Assembly (NCBI GenBank): GCA_051275695.1
Contig: JBNMNO010000002.1
Span: 38 to 64,037 of the forward strand
Length of the DNA stretch: 64,000 nucleotides
DNA from: Mariniflexile sp.
GTDB taxonomy: Bacteria > Bacteroidota > Bacteroidia > Flavobacteriales > Flavobacteriaceae
Reading direction: 5' to 3'
The translations under genes were made by a program, and so were the position numbers. This document shows positions 1 to 11,300 of the stretch, piece by piece (positions within the stretch are counted from its first letter, which is position 1; each line of letters opens with the position of its first letter). The notes under the pieces are model-generated. The model was not told where the DNA came from. It saw nothing but the letters and a program-made list of their open reading frames with translations, and did not search any database.

Positions 1-387
1 TAAACCTAAAATGCGTTGAAATTTATTAATAGCACCCGTCATTCCAGTACCAACTGTTATTAAAACATCATTTTTTGAAGCGTTTACGTGCCTTTTTATA
101 ATGTTTCTGGCTTCATGATACGCCAAAGTCATTGCGGAACCTGTAATAGATGTTTCGGTATGCGTATTAGCTACAAAAGGACCAATCTCATTACGTAATT
201 TTTCTTCAATAGGCCCATATAATCTACCACTTGCGGTCCAATCAGCATAGATTATTTTCTTTTTTCCGTAAGGAGATTGAAATTCTTGATTAACACCGAT
301 AATATTTTCTCGAAAAGGTTTAAAATATGTTTCTAAATTCATTGGTTTTGAGTTTGTTATAATATCATTTATTTTGGATTTAACCAT
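1..387 (-). CDS. Aminotransferase class V / cysteine desulfurase-like PLP enzyme (5' part; runs off the window)
   Basis: Not in the ORF track. Manual translation from ATG at 387 gives MVKSKINDIITNSKPMNLETYFKPFRENIIG...YADWTASGRLY...ANTHTE...GTGMTGAINKFQRILGL. YxDxTASG and ANTH are typical of this family. Confidence 0.8.
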   Translation of the reverse strand, partial: MVKSKINDIITNSKPMNLETYFKPFRENIIGVNQEFQSPYGKKKIIYADWTASGRLYGPIEEKLRNEIGPFVANTHTETSITGSAMTLAYHEARNIIKRHVNASKNDVLITVGTGMTGAINKFQRILGL

Positions 388-436
388 AATTTCTGAATAC
401 TAAAATTTTCTATGATTGTTTCAAAAATACCTCAAT

Positions 437-2395
437 CTATTTCTTGAAATTTGAAATTCCTTTTTCCAACCAAGCATTATAAGCGTCAACATCTGGGGTA
501 TAAGCCACTGGCTCTATTAAATTGTCTTCATTATGATCCATTAACACATACATAGGCTGTGTATTGGCCTTGTACCTAATTGTTTGTAGTTCACTCCATT
601 TCTGGCCAATGTATTTTAGTTTCTTTCCAGGTTTTAATTTAGAATCAACAATATCGCTTGCCTCTAATTCTCGTTTATCATCAACATACAACGAAATAAG
701 CACCACATCGTTCTTTAGCTTTTCTAAAACCTTTGGTTTTACCCAAACCATTTGTTCCATTTTTCTGCAATTCACACATGCCTTTCCAGTAAAATCAATC
801 AAAACAGGCTTTCCAACTTTTTTGGCATAGGCCAAACCTTTATCGTAATCATTAAATGCAATAATATCATGTGGGGGCATTAAATGAGATCCCTCAGGAA
901 CTTCGGTTTGACTTGAATTACTTTCTCCAATTTTTGAAAAACCAACTCCATAAGGAGATTCACTATAATGTTGTGGTGGTGGGAATGCGCTAATTAAATT
1001 TAATGGTGCACCCCATAGACCAGGAATCATGTATATAGTGAACGATAACACCAACAAACCTAAACCTAAACGCCCCACAGAAATATGCGTTAATGGTGAA
1101 TCATGAGGCAATTGAATTTTTCCAAATAGGTAAAATGCTAAGGCGCCAAATACAGCAATCCAAATAGCTATAAAGACTTCGCGCTCAAATAAATGTAAAT
1201 CTAAAACCAAATCAGCATTCGATAAAAACTTAAAGGCTAAGGCTAATTCTAAAAAGCCCAATACTACTTTTACGGTATTTAACCAGCCTCCAGATTTTGG
1301 CAGTGAATTTAACCATCCAGGAAATGCTGCAAACAAAGCAAATGGTAACGCAATAGCTAGTGAAAAACCTAACATACCCACAACCGGTCCTACTTGACTG
1401 CCTCCTGCTGCCGCTTGTACTAATAAAGTCCCAACGATAGGCCCTGTGCACGAGAAAGACACGATGGCTAGTGCCAAGGCCATAAAGAAAATACCAATTA
1501 ACCCACCTCTATCTGCTTGTTTATCTACTTTGTTTGCCCAAGAATTAGGTAACATAATTTCGAAAGCCCCTAAAAATGACGCAGCAAATATTAATAATAA
1601 CAAGAAAAAGCCTATGTTAAACCACACATTAGTTGATAATGCGTTTAAAGCATCGGGTCCAAATATTAAACTTACCAGAATACCTAATAACACATAAATT
1701 ACAATGATTGATAATCCATAAATAATAGCATTTCGAATACCTGAAGCTTTGTTTTTACTTTGTTTAGTAAAAAAGCTTACAGTCATTGGTATCATTGGGA
1801 ATACACATGGTGTTAACAACGCTGCAAAACCAGAAAAGAACGCTATAAAGAATATGCCCCAAAGACCTTTTTTAGAATTGGAACTAGAATCATTTTTAGA
1901 ATTATCTATGACACTACCCCCTGTTTTTTCTTCTTTTTTTAGAACATTTTTTAAAGAAAATGTAAAATCTTCATCTATCTGTAAACAAACATCTTTACAA
2001 ACTTGCCCTGTTAAATTTAAAGTAACTTCAGAAATATTGGCGTCACTTAATTTTATACGTTGCTTTAAAGTGGCTCTATGGCTAAAAAAAGTTTCGTAAA
2101 CTTCAAAAATGTCGTTAAACTTTTTAATCGTGTCGCTTTCTACAGCTTTTCCAATTAATTCATATTCACTAGTCGCTTTCGCTTTTTCAATAACGATGGG
2201 TAGCGATCCTCCTTCATCTGTATATTGGGAATATACATGCCAATCATTTTCTATTTCAGCCTTTATAATTAAGTTGTATTCTGAATCTGAAATTTTTTCT
2301 ACTGATGTAGACCATTTAACTGGTTCTAAAATTTGAGAGTTACCTATTGTGAATACTAATAAGGCAAGTAATAGACTAAGTTTTTTCATTTGCAT
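437..2395 (-). CDS. dsbD: Protein-disulfide reductase DsbD family protein
   Basis: N-terminal domain with a Cys pair (QVCKDVC), TM domain with LTPCVFPM and SFSCTGP, and a C-terminal thioredoxin domain with CVNC. Confidence 0.88.
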   Translation of the reverse strand: MQMKKLSLLLALLVFTIGNSQILEPVKWSTSVEKISDSEYNLIIKAEIENDWHVYSQYTDEGGSLPIVIEKAKATSEYELIGKAVESDTIKKFNDIFEVYETFFSHRATLKQRIKLSDANISEVTLNLTGQVCKDVCLQIDEDFTFSLKNVLKKEEKTGGSVIDNSKNDSSSNSKKGLWGIFFIAFFSGFAALLTPCVFPMIPMTVSFFTKQSKNKASGIRNAIIYGLSIIVIYVLLGILVSLIFGPDALNALSTNVWFNIGFFLLLLIFAASFLGAFEIMLPNSWANKVDKQADRGGLIGIFFMALALAIVSFSCTGPIVGTLLVQAAAGGSQVGPVVGMLGFSLAIALPFALFAAFPGWLNSLPKSGGWLNTVKVVLGFLELALAFKFLSNADLVLDLHLFEREVFIAIWIAVFGALAFYLFGKIQLPHDSPLTHISVGRLGLGLLVLSFTIYMIPGLWGAPLNLISAFPPPQHYSESPYGVGFSKIGESNSSQTEVPEGSHLMPPHDIIAFNDYDKGLAYAKKVGKPVLIDFTGKACVNCRKMEQMVWVKPKVLEKLKNDVVLISLYVDDKRELEASDIVDSKLKPGKKLKYIGQKWSELQTIRYKANTQPMYVLMDHNEDNLIEPVAYTPDVDAYNAWLEKGISNFKK

Positions 2396-2594
2396 AAATA
2401 TAATATGTGTTTATAACGGCGGGTATTCTATTAAAAAAACCTTTTTTTTGCCTTTTTAGTTCATTTTAATGTATTGATTAACTCACTCAAATAATTTGAA
2501 ATCAAATAAAAAAGGAAAGGTATTAATTTCTAATTTAATGAATGATGATTTTCGAATAATGAACCTTATTTTAATCTTATTTTGTGAAAACTAG

Positions 2595-2798
2595 TTTTTG
2601 CATTAGCCGAATCTTTACCAAAAGATTCTAATTGGCACAAAAAAATAGCTTTCATAATACTAATCGGAAAAAGATTTAAATCCTTTCGTTTTCTTTCTTA
2701 TTTCTTCAAGTACAAAATTTATTAAATTGAAAAATAGATTAGTACCTGTAAAAAAAATTACAAGCACGTTTTAAAAAGTAGTTGGCACATTATTTCAA
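2595..2798. repeat. Left copy of the ~200-bp direct repeat bracketing the PUL (perfect 71-bp core at 2630-2700)
   Basis: 2630-2700 is identical to 59825-59895 (aattggcacaaaaaaatagctttcataatactaatcggaaaaagatttaaatcctttcgttttctttctta). The flanks align with scattered mismatches. Confidence 0.95.
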
Positions 2799-3087
2799 TG
2801 TTGTTAGTATTGTAATTAAGCTTTATACAAAAAATAGCAATCTTTAACAGTAGTGACTGCATATTATTACAAATTATATTAAGAGAAAATAAATTATGAG
2901 AAAGAACCAGTATAATTACACCAAAAACAATTTAAGATCTATTTTAAAGCCATACTACAAGCTATAGTCCATCATGGCTTATATAAATATACTAATTTAT
3001 AAAAACAAAATTATATGTCTTTATGTTACAAAAAAAACAGAGTAGCACAAGAGTCTATTATTTAATTTATAAAACCGTGGTTTGTAT

Positions 3088-3122
3088 AAAAAAATAGAAG
3101 AACTGGACTATCCAGCTCTTCT
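3088..3122 (-). terminator. Rho-independent terminator
   Basis: The minus strand reads agaagagctgga-tag-tccagttcttct followed by a U-tract. The single mismatch is a G-U pair only on the minus strand. Confidence 0.8.
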
Positions 3123-3190
3123 TTAAAACAAACTCCTAACTCAACTTTATATGAAATAAAATTAAAACAACTTACTCTATTTTAATTTAT
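3088..3190 (-). ncRNA. Candidate small RNA (seed antisense to the susC leader)
   Basis: ORF-free stretch between a tandem box (3228-3260) and a strong terminator. It contains AAGUUGAGUUAGGAGUUU, complementary to the susC mRNA at 11461-11478. The 5' end is a guess. Confidence 0.4.
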
Positions 3191-3227
3191 CATTAAATAA
3201 AGAAAAAAACAGATTAAAAATAAATTA

Positions 3228-3260
3228 TTTCGACTAGCAACAAAGGAATGAAGACTAAGG
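3228..3260 (-). promoter_or_regulatory. Putative LytTR-type box pair
   Basis: tttcgactagcaacaaa at 3228-3244, with a second half-site agacta 21 bp further on (3252). Confidence 0.5.
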
Positions 3261-3372
3261 AAACATTATTAAAATATAAATGTAAAAACCCCGTGAATCA
3301 AATAAATTAAAAAAAGATTTGATATGTATATTAATTTTGATTGAAATATTCTTTAACCCATTCTGCACTCAT

Positions 3373-6300
3373 CTATTCAGTAACTTTAAAAACCTGTAAT
3401 ACATTATTATTATTTGCTACAAAAAGTAATTTTTGGCTACCATCATTCAAGAGTTTAACTTTTTTTGCATCATTCTTACAAAAAAAGCCGCTTTCAAAAT
3501 AATTCAATGGTCTAAACTTATTTTTTCCATCACCCAGAAGCACCAAACCTGTTCCTGCGTCATTCCGTGTAGTTTCTATTTCGGACACAAATAAGTTTCC
3601 TACCAATAAAACATCTAAATTTCCATCTGAATTAAAGTCTTCAACTACCATATCATTCACATTAGAAAATTGTGCATTAATAGGTAGTTTTGATATTTTA
3701 AACTCCTTATTCCCCAGGTTTTCAATAAAAGATGTTGCAAAGGTATTTGCGTAATAATGGTTAGCTTCATCCAAATTATCTTTCCCATAAATATCTTTGA
3801 TTTCTAAACTAGCAAAAATATCATACTTTTTAAAATCCTTTTTTAAGCTTGGTATTTGTTGTGAAGAACAAGAAAACCCTCTTAAAGGATAATGCTTGCC
3901 ATAGTTATAATAGCCTAAAACCACATCATTACTTCCATTACCATCAAAATCCTTATAATACACATCAAAAGGATTTTCGACTGAAGTTTTATACTTATAA
4001 TTTAATCCTAAGTTCCCTGCAATATAATCCATATCACCATCATGGTCAAAATCACCCTGTTCAATACTAAACCACCATCCTTCTGTATTTTTGAGACTAG
4101 GTAGCGATTGTTTTAAAAATGTCCCATTTACATTTTCAAAAACAACAATGGGCATCCATTCACCAACAAGCATTAAGTCCAAATCTTTGTCGTTATCATA
4201 ATCAGTCCAAATGGCATCTGTAACCATACCTATTTTATTTAAATCGACCGCTTTTGCTTGAGTTACATCAACCAGTACACCATTAATATTCTCCAACAAC
4301 TTACTATCGGCAGGTAGAGGATATTCGTGTGGCAGATGTCTTCCTCCCACAAAAACATCTAAATCACCATCGTTATCAAAATCTGCTGGGACAGCTACGC
4401 TACCACTAAAACTATCAGTTTTAAGAGATTTTTTAGAATTTGAAAAGTTTCCTAATCCATCATTCAAATACAACCTATCTCTATAATTTTCATCTCCCTT
4501 TTTATATTCATTACCTCCACTAACCACGAATAAATCATTATCTCCATCACTGTCTACATCAAATAAAATTGCATCCAAATCTTCCATTGCCTTATCAAAA
4601 TCAAAAGCTTTATTTGAAACTGGTTTAAATTCTCCAGTTAAAGTCTGAATAAATAATTGCCCGGGGTACCCAACTGCTCCACCAACAAACACGTCTTTTC
4701 GCCCATCGCCATTTACATCACCTATGGCTAACGAAGGTCCAAACTGTGACATTTTATGAGGCAATAACAGTTGATACTCAAAATCATCAAAATTATTCTC
4801 TTTATGCAAATATTTAATTTTACCCTCAGCTGATATATCTCTAAAAATTTGTGATAATTTATTATTCTCTTCTAACTTTATGTTTTGTCCGCTTTCAAGA
4901 TATACTACTAACGTCTGATTTGATTTGACATTTTTTAGCACTGACATTGTCTTATTTGGCCAGTGTATAATAACTTCATTTATCTCTTCTAATGAACCTA
5001 CTCCAAAATGTACTACATTTTCGCTGGTAGAATAAATGCCTCGCACATTAGTAGTTTCAAAAGTTTGCTGATTAATATTTGTTTTAATAACAACTTTACT
5101 ACCAAATGTAGGTTTGTTATTTTTACTTTTCAATTGAATTCTTAAGTAATTATTGATACTATTATTTTTATATACAAAAGCTTCAGAATTAATATTATTG
5201 ACTATTATATCCAGATCTCCATCATTATCAAAATCAGCGTAAGCAGCTCCATTTGAAAATGATTTTTGGTCTAAGCCCCAACTCTCTGCTACTTTTCCAA
5301 AATCTAAATTTCCATTATTTTGGTACATATAATTTGATATCGGTGCTGAAGGAAGTATAGCTAAAGTCTTGTCTAAATCCAAAATATCCCAAATTGATAC
5401 TTCTCCTCCATTAGGATTATCTTTTATCCAGGTATTAGCACTTTCAATTACAAAATCTCCAACAGCTTTTGAAGCATCGGTATTTCTAATATCTCTTAAA
5501 AGACCATTCGTTACATAAATATCCTTCTTTCCATCATTATCAAAATCCGCTATCAACGGAGACCAACTCCAATCAGTCGCTGCTGTATTTGTTAACTGTG
5601 CAATTTCGCTAAAAGTTTGATTCCCATTATTTAACTGAAAACTATTAAACATATACTGATAATGTCCGCCATTACTAACAACGTTCCAAAAAGATTTTGG
5701 ATTCATACCGCTCATATTAGATTTAAGCCTGAAATTATCTTCTGCTACCATATCTACAACAAATAGATCTAAAAAACCATCATCATTAATATCGGCAACA
5801 TCAACTCCCATACTATAATAAGACATGTGGTTTAAAGCATTATCAATACTGTTTGTAAATGTTCCATCACCATTATTGATATACATGAAGTCTGGTACAT
5901 AAAAATCATTAGCTACATATATATCAACATAACCATCATTATTCAAATCGCTAGTAGAAACACCATTAGGAAAACCCGCCTTTAGTAAACCAGATGCCGA
6001 AGTTACATCCTTAAAATATTTCCCATTTATATTTTTATAAAGCCTTGATGTATATTTTGGTTGTAGCAATTGTGTTCCAAAAAACTCAGAATAACTTCCA
6101 GGATTTGGTGGCTGATTCAAAACAAATAAATCTAAAAACCCATCTTTATCGTAATCAAAAAACGTAGCATGCCTAGATCTTTCTGAATCAGCAACTCCAT
6201 ACTGTTCACCTCTTTCTAAAAACTTAGCATTCCCCTGATTGATATATAATTTGTTTTTACGCAAATTAGGTTTATGGTCATATAACTCTTTGGTTACATA

Positions 6301-6738
6301 AATATCTAATAAACCATCATTATTTATATCGGCAACAGTAACTCCTGTAGACCAGCTGCCATCATTTATAATTCCTGAAGATTTAGTCCTATTTTCAAAC
6401 TTAAAATCTCCAAGATTCAAATATAATTCATCATCAACTAAGTTCCCCGCGAAATAAACATCTTCTAAACCATCATTATTAAAGTCTCCTACTCCAACAC
6501 CTGCACCTCCATAAAAGTTAGCATAGAGCAAAATATTTTTTTCTTTATCGTCTTTAATCTCGTTATTAAAATAAATACCAGATTCCTTAGAAGAAATTAA
6601 TTCAAACATGGGTGTCTGAGAAGGCATCAAATCACCACTACCTTTCTGTTTTGTATTAGAATTATCGAATAAAACAAAGCCAATTGTTAATGATGCAACA
6701 ACAAACAAAAACATAATTTTTAAAACCCTTTTTGTCAT
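3373..6738 (-). CDS. FG-GAP/VCBS-repeat protein with ASPIC/UnbV domain (CRTAC1-like), PUL accessory protein
   Basis: Many DxNxDGxxD Ca-binding repeats in two blocks, separated by an ASPIC-like segment (RGIYSTSENVVHFGVG). It has an N-terminal hydrophobic anchor and follows susD. Confidence 0.85.
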   Translation of the reverse strand: MTKRVLKIMFLFVVASLTIGFVLFDNSNTKQKGSGDLMPSQTPMFELISSKESGIYFNNEIKDDKEKNILLYANFYGGAGVGVGDFNNDGLEDVYFAGNLVDDELYLNLGDFKFENRTKSSGIINDGSWSTGVTVADINNDGLLDIYVTKELYDHKPNLRKNKLYINQGNAKFLERGEQYGVADSERSRHATFFDYDKDGFLDLFVLNQPPNPGSYSEFFGTQLLQPKYTSRLYKNINGKYFKDVTSASGLLKAGFPNGVSTSDLNNDGYVDIYVANDFYVPDFMYINNGDGTFTNSIDNALNHMSYYSMGVDVADINDDGFLDLFVVDMVAEDNFRLKSNMSGMNPKSFWNVVSNGGHYQYMFNSFQLNNGNQTFSEIAQLTNTAATDWSWSPLIADFDNDGKKDIYVTNGLLRDIRNTDASKAVGDFVIESANTWIKDNPNGGEVSIWDILDLDKTLAILPSAPISNYMYQNNGNLDFGKVAESWGLDQKSFSNGAAYADFDNDGDLDIIVNNINSEAFVYKNNSINNYLRIQLKSKNNKPTFGSKVVIKTNINQQTFETTNVRGIYSTSENVVHFGVGSLEEINEVIIHWPNKTMSVLKNVKSNQTLVVYLESGQNIKLEENNKLSQIFRDISAEGKIKYLHKENNFDDFEYQLLLPHKMSQFGPSLAIGDVNGDGRKDVFVGGAVGYPGQLFIQTLTGEFKPVSNKAFDFDKAMEDLDAILFDVDSDGDNDLFVVSGGNEYKKGDENYRDRLYLNDGLGNFSNSKKSLKTDSFSGSVAVPADFDNDGDLDVFVGGRHLPHEYPLPADSKLLENINGVLVDVTQAKAVDLNKIGMVTDAIWTDYDNDKDLDLMLVGEWMPIVVFENVNGTFLKQSLPSLKNTEGWWFSIEQGDFDHDGDMDYIAGNLGLNYKYKTSVENPFDVYYKDFDGNGSNDVVLGYYNYGKHYPLRGFSCSSQQIPSLKKDFKKYDIFASLEIKDIYGKDNLDEANHYYANTFATSFIENLGNKEFKISKLPINAQFSNVNDMVVEDFNSDGNLDVLLVGNLFVSEIETTRNDAGTGLVLLGDGKNKFRPLNYFESGFFCKNDAKKVKLLNDGSQKLLFVANNNNVLQVFKVTE

Positions 6739-6761
6739 AATCAAATGTTTAATAAAAACAA

Positions 6762-6796
6762 AAATACTGTAAGGAAATGGTTTCCTTACAGTATTT
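6762..6796 (-). terminator. Terminator/attenuator hairpin between susD and the FG-GAP gene
   Basis: Perfect 16-bp inverted repeat aaatactgtaaggaaa-tgg-tttccttacagtattt with a T-rich tail on the minus strand. Confidence 0.8.
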
Positions 6797-6848
6797 AAAA
6801 TTTAAAATCCTATCAAATTAAATAATTCAATATTAACAAAAAAAAACA

Positions 6849-8330
6849 CTATTGTTTATCCCACCAAACTCTTGTAGTAAGCTCATCTGGTCCTTGTGCT
6901 GTAATTGCTGCTGAATAATTATCAGCATTATTACTTTGTTCACTTTCAGAATATGTTAAACGTCTTGGTATGGTTCCATTGGTTTCATTCCCAGGATAAT
7001 TAACTGGTACTAAAACAGGAAATCCTGTTCTTCTCCAATTTGAAAAGCTTTCATATTCATTTAAAAAGGTTGCTGCCCAATATTGATTGTTAATTTGCTC
7101 TAAAGCATTCCCAGCATTGTATGGGTTATTGTCCAAATAATCTGTAATATCGCCGTCACTTATAACAGCTCCATCTCCATACATAGCTAACATTTTCATA
7201 GCTGCGGTTACACCAGCGTTATAATGTGCTGCTGCAGCTCCGCCAATATTCCAACGTACATTAGCTTCAGCTAACAATAATTCAACTTCTGCATAGCTTT
7301 GAAATAACATAGGCGCATTCATTTGCCCTATATTAGCAATGTTTGGTTCTGCAAAAGCAGATGTACTAGCTTCCCCAGTAGCTCCTTCAAGTGTGTTAGA
7401 ATCTAACCCATTTGGTAATCCTTTTAAATCTATTAGAGTTGTACTCCCATCACTCCTTCTTCTTGCAAGTACTGGTAATCTAGGATCTCCTGATGCTTGT
7501 AACCAATCAACAAATGTTTCGCTTAATCGTTGATTTCCATCAGCGTCAAAGGCTTCACTGTTACCGTTTCTGTTGTTTGTAGCATCATGAGGAAAAAAGA
7601 ATATATCATCATTGGAAGTCATAACACCTCCTGAAATAGCTTTAGTCACCCAAGCCTGAGAAGCAGCTGCGTCAACTTTAATTAACCTGAACCCTAGTCT
7701 TAACATCAATGAATTAGCTAAACGTTTCCATTTTGCTTGATCACCTTGATAAATGACATCAGCAGCACCAAAACCTGATATACCTGAACTTAACGCTGCA
7801 GCCGACTCTTCTAATTCCTTTAACAAATCTGGATAAATCTCGCTTTGAGCGTCGTATTTAGGTTTCAAAATTCCAGAAATATAAGCTTGCCCCGCCTCAG
7901 AGTAAGGAATATCTCCATATAAATCTGTTAGTCTGGAATATGCATACACACGCATAATTCTAGTAATAGCCTTCATTTCTTCTGGCGCCTCTTCTGCATC
8001 AAGTTGCACTCGCATATCTTCTACAGATTTAATCACATTGCTATAATATCTATCAATTAAAGACGACGAATAACCTCTATTCATTGTGTATTTGTCTCCA
8101 CTCCAATACCCAGCTGTAGTTGCGATATGTTGCATCATTGTAGACTGGTATATTAGGTTAGCTCTCCAATTATCATAGCGTTCACTTGACATGAATTTTT
8201 GAGCCGCAGTTAGTTTGTTTGCAACACTAACTTGTACTGGTTTTGTAGGATTCACATTTAACTCCTCAAAGCCTTCATCACAGCCTCCTAAAAAGAGTGC
8301 TATAAATGCAATATAAATTAATTTTCTCAT
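6849..8330 (-). CDS. susD: SusD/RagB-family glycan-binding lipoprotein
   Basis: Lipobox (MRKLIYIAFIALFLGGC), LTDLYGDIPYSEA, WRRTGFP and a C-terminal RVWWD. Start placed at 8330, not 8357. Confidence 0.93.
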   Translation of the reverse strand: MRKLIYIAFIALFLGGCDEGFEELNVNPTKPVQVSVANKLTAAQKFMSSERYDNWRANLIYQSTMMQHIATTAGYWSGDKYTMNRGYSSSLIDRYYSNVIKSVEDMRVQLDAEEAPEEMKAITRIMRVYAYSRLTDLYGDIPYSEAGQAYISGILKPKYDAQSEIYPDLLKELEESAAALSSGISGFGAADVIYQGDQAKWKRLANSLMLRLGFRLIKVDAAASQAWVTKAISGGVMTSNDDIFFFPHDATNNRNGNSEAFDADGNQRLSETFVDWLQASGDPRLPVLARRRSDGSTTLIDLKGLPNGLDSNTLEGATGEASTSAFAEPNIANIGQMNAPMLFQSYAEVELLLAEANVRWNIGGAAAAHYNAGVTAAMKMLAMYGDGAVISDGDITDYLDNNPYNAGNALEQINNQYWAATFLNEYESFSNWRRTGFPVLVPVNYPGNETNGTIPRRLTYSESEQSNNADNYSAAITAQGPDELTTRVWWDKQ

Positions 8331-8343
8331 GATTTTTTTTTTT

Positions 8344-11300
8344 TTAAAACTTAACATTTAAATTAAATCCGTAACTTCTAGTAGAAGGAACTCCAAAATA
8401 TTCAAGTCCTTGTGAGTTTCCAACATTATAACCACTTTCTGGATCAATATTATCTACGCTTCTTTTTAAATAAAATAAGTTAGAAGCAATAAAAGAAATA
8501 TTAGCATCCTTAATAAAGATATTTTTTAAAAATCTTTCTGGCAATGAATATCCTATGCTTAATTGTCTAAATTTAATATAATCGGCATCTTCAACAAACT
8601 CTTCAGCAATTCCACTAATTCTACCATAGTAAGTTGCTAAATCTTCTGGAGCCACAGTGGTTGTAAATGAAGTTCCTGTTGCTACATCTATTCCTGTAAC
8701 AGATAAGCCATTTTCTCTTCCTTCAAGTGTTGCTTTATGCAATCCATTACCATATAACCCGGTATTAGTTCCTGAGAAAACTTGACCGCCAAATTTACCA
8801 TCAATTAAAAAACTTAAACTCCAATCTTTATATTTAAATGTATTACTAAAACCTAAAGTTAGCGGAGGCACTCCTTCTCCTAAAATTTTACGAGCTCCTC
8901 GTACAGCTAAAGGGACACCATCGCCATCAATTTCATAAACAATATTACCACTATCATCTCTCTCATAAGAGACTCCAACAATTGTTCCATAAGCTTCACC
9001 TACTATATGTGTGATACGCACATTTTGAGAACGTGGTTCATCCAAATTCACATCAGAATTTGTTTCATTTGTTGCTAATATTTTTCCAGAATTATGAGCT
9101 CCGTTAAAACTAGCAGACCACTTGAAATTTTCTGTACTAATAGGTTTAAATCCTAATAAAAATTCGAACCCTTTATTTTCAATTTCTCCTAAATTAGCTT
9201 TCGCTCCACCATAACCCGAAAAAACTGATGTCGATACATCAACAATATCGTTTGTAGTTGTATTAGTATAATAAGCCAAATCAAGAGATAATCTATTATT
9301 GAATAATCGAGCATCAAGACCTATCTCTGTTTCTTCTTTGTGATAAGGTACTAGATTAGAGTTTGGAACCGTACCACCATTAACACTACCTAACGGTTGA
9401 CCATTAACTGGGTTACCAAAAATCTGGTATGTTAAAGACAAATCATAAGGGTTTTGAGCGCCACCGGCTACTTCAGAGTAACCTCCTCTTACTTTTAGAA
9501 AGTTTACAAAACTTGGCATTTCAAGAACTTCTGAAAGAATTACACTTGTATTAATTGAGGGGTAGAAACCATCATTAGGTGTTGTTTTACCAGGAGCAGA
9601 AAGTGTAGAAAACCAGTCATTTCGTCCTGTAAAGGTTATATATGCCCATTTATCATAAGCAAGTTCTATAGAACCATATAATGAACCAATTTTTCTTTGA
9701 CTAAAACTACGCCCTCTACTTTGCGTTAATGTATTACTAATATCCTCTAAACCAGGAACAATAAAATCATTTCCGCCTAAATCAAGTTGCTCAGTTTTTA
9801 TACTATTACTGTTTGCTCCAAAAAAAGCAACTGTTGACAGCTTATCTGTAATGTCTTTTTCTGCACCTATTATAAAATCTGCATCAATTTGAGTGTACCG
9901 TATTTCATTTTCATTTATCCCTCCTGCTTTTTTATATGCTGTCCCATAAGGCTCAACAGAAGTTCTTCTTACAGTATAATGATCTACACCACCTCTAACA
10001 GTAGTATATAACCAATCAGTAATATCATACCTTAAAGTAGAATTAGCGATAATCCTGTTTTTAGTATCTTCATTTCTGAAATTATACGCTGCAAAGTACG
10101 GGTTTTGAGAATATGGATCGGTTGAATAAGTACGTTCTGTTCCATCCTCATTAGCTCCTGGATTCATAAACCGTACATCTACATTTCCAGGTAAGAGAGC
10201 AACTGTATAATTTGCATTTCCTGGAGCATCAGACAGTCTAGGTCTATTTTGAACATTTTCAATAGTGTATTTTGCATTAACTGTAGTAGTTAATTTATCG
10301 GCCAAAACAGCACTTGAATTTAAAGAGAATGTTTTTCTATTCAACCCCGCATTTGGCATAATATCTTCATTTGATAAATCGGACGCTGAAAATCTATAGC
10401 TCATTTTATCGCTTCCACTTGTTAAAGCAAGCGTGTTAATTAACGTTGTTCCTGTTTCGTAAAAATGATCTAAATTATTACCAACATAAGAGTATGGCCT
10501 TGAAACACCATCCCATTGAACAATACTTGATCCATCAAATTTAGGTCCCCATGAAGATGTGCCATTGTCTCTAGCTTCATCAACATTAGCAGGCTTTCTT
10601 CCTTGAATACCTTGTCCATATCCTGTTTGGTAATCCTGTAAAGACGTATCTACATTATCAAACATAATCGAGCTACTAATTTCTACACCAAAGCCATCTT
10701 GACCCTTACCAGATTTAGTAGTTACAATAATTACACCGCCAGAAGCTCTTGATCCGTATAAGGCCGATGCAGCACCCCCTTTTAAAACACTTATAGATTC
10801 TATATCATCTGCGTTAAGACTTGAAATACCGTCTCCCCCATCTGAACCACCCCACATTCCTGCAGAACCATTATTTTCATTACTTATAGGTACTCCATCT
10901 ACCACATATAAGGGTTGATTATTTCCTGTCAAAGAACTATTACCCCTTATTATTACTCTACTCGATCCAGCTGCACCCGTCGCATTTTGGCTAATATTAA
11001 CACCTGCTATTTTACCTTGTAACGAATTAATTGCATTCGCATTTTTTACTGTAGAGATCTCTTCTCCCTTAACTTCTGTTAATGAATAACCTAAGGCTCT
11101 GGTTTCTTTTCTAATCCCTAAAGCGGTTACAACCACTTCATTTAATTGACTTGCATCCTCTGCTAACGTCACATTAATTGTTGCTTTTCCATCGACAACT
11201 ATTTCTTTAGTTGTGTATCCAACAAAAGAAAACACCAAGGTGGCTGATTGATCTGAAACATTAATAGAATAGTTTCCATCAAAATTTGCAGATACCCCAT

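Noticed and set aside
437-2395. dsbD as a dedicated maturation factor for the PUL cytochromes
   Set aside because: It is outside the repeat and is a housekeeping gene; adjacency alone is not evidence.
2630-2700. Known riboswitch in the repeat core
   Set aside because: I recognised no SAM-II, TPP, cobalamin or c-di-GMP consensus by eye. An Rfam search is needed to exclude this properly.
2396-3372. Duplicated tRNA-Pro 3' end (attL) or an integrase remnant at the left boundary
   Set aside because: I found no match to the tRNA sequence and no recombinase-like ORF, so this is not a classical tRNA-integrated island.
8331-8357. Longer SusD N-terminus MLSFKKKKI
   Set aside because: It overlaps the susC end and the poly-A tract. 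The ATG at 8330 gives a normal lipoprotein signal.
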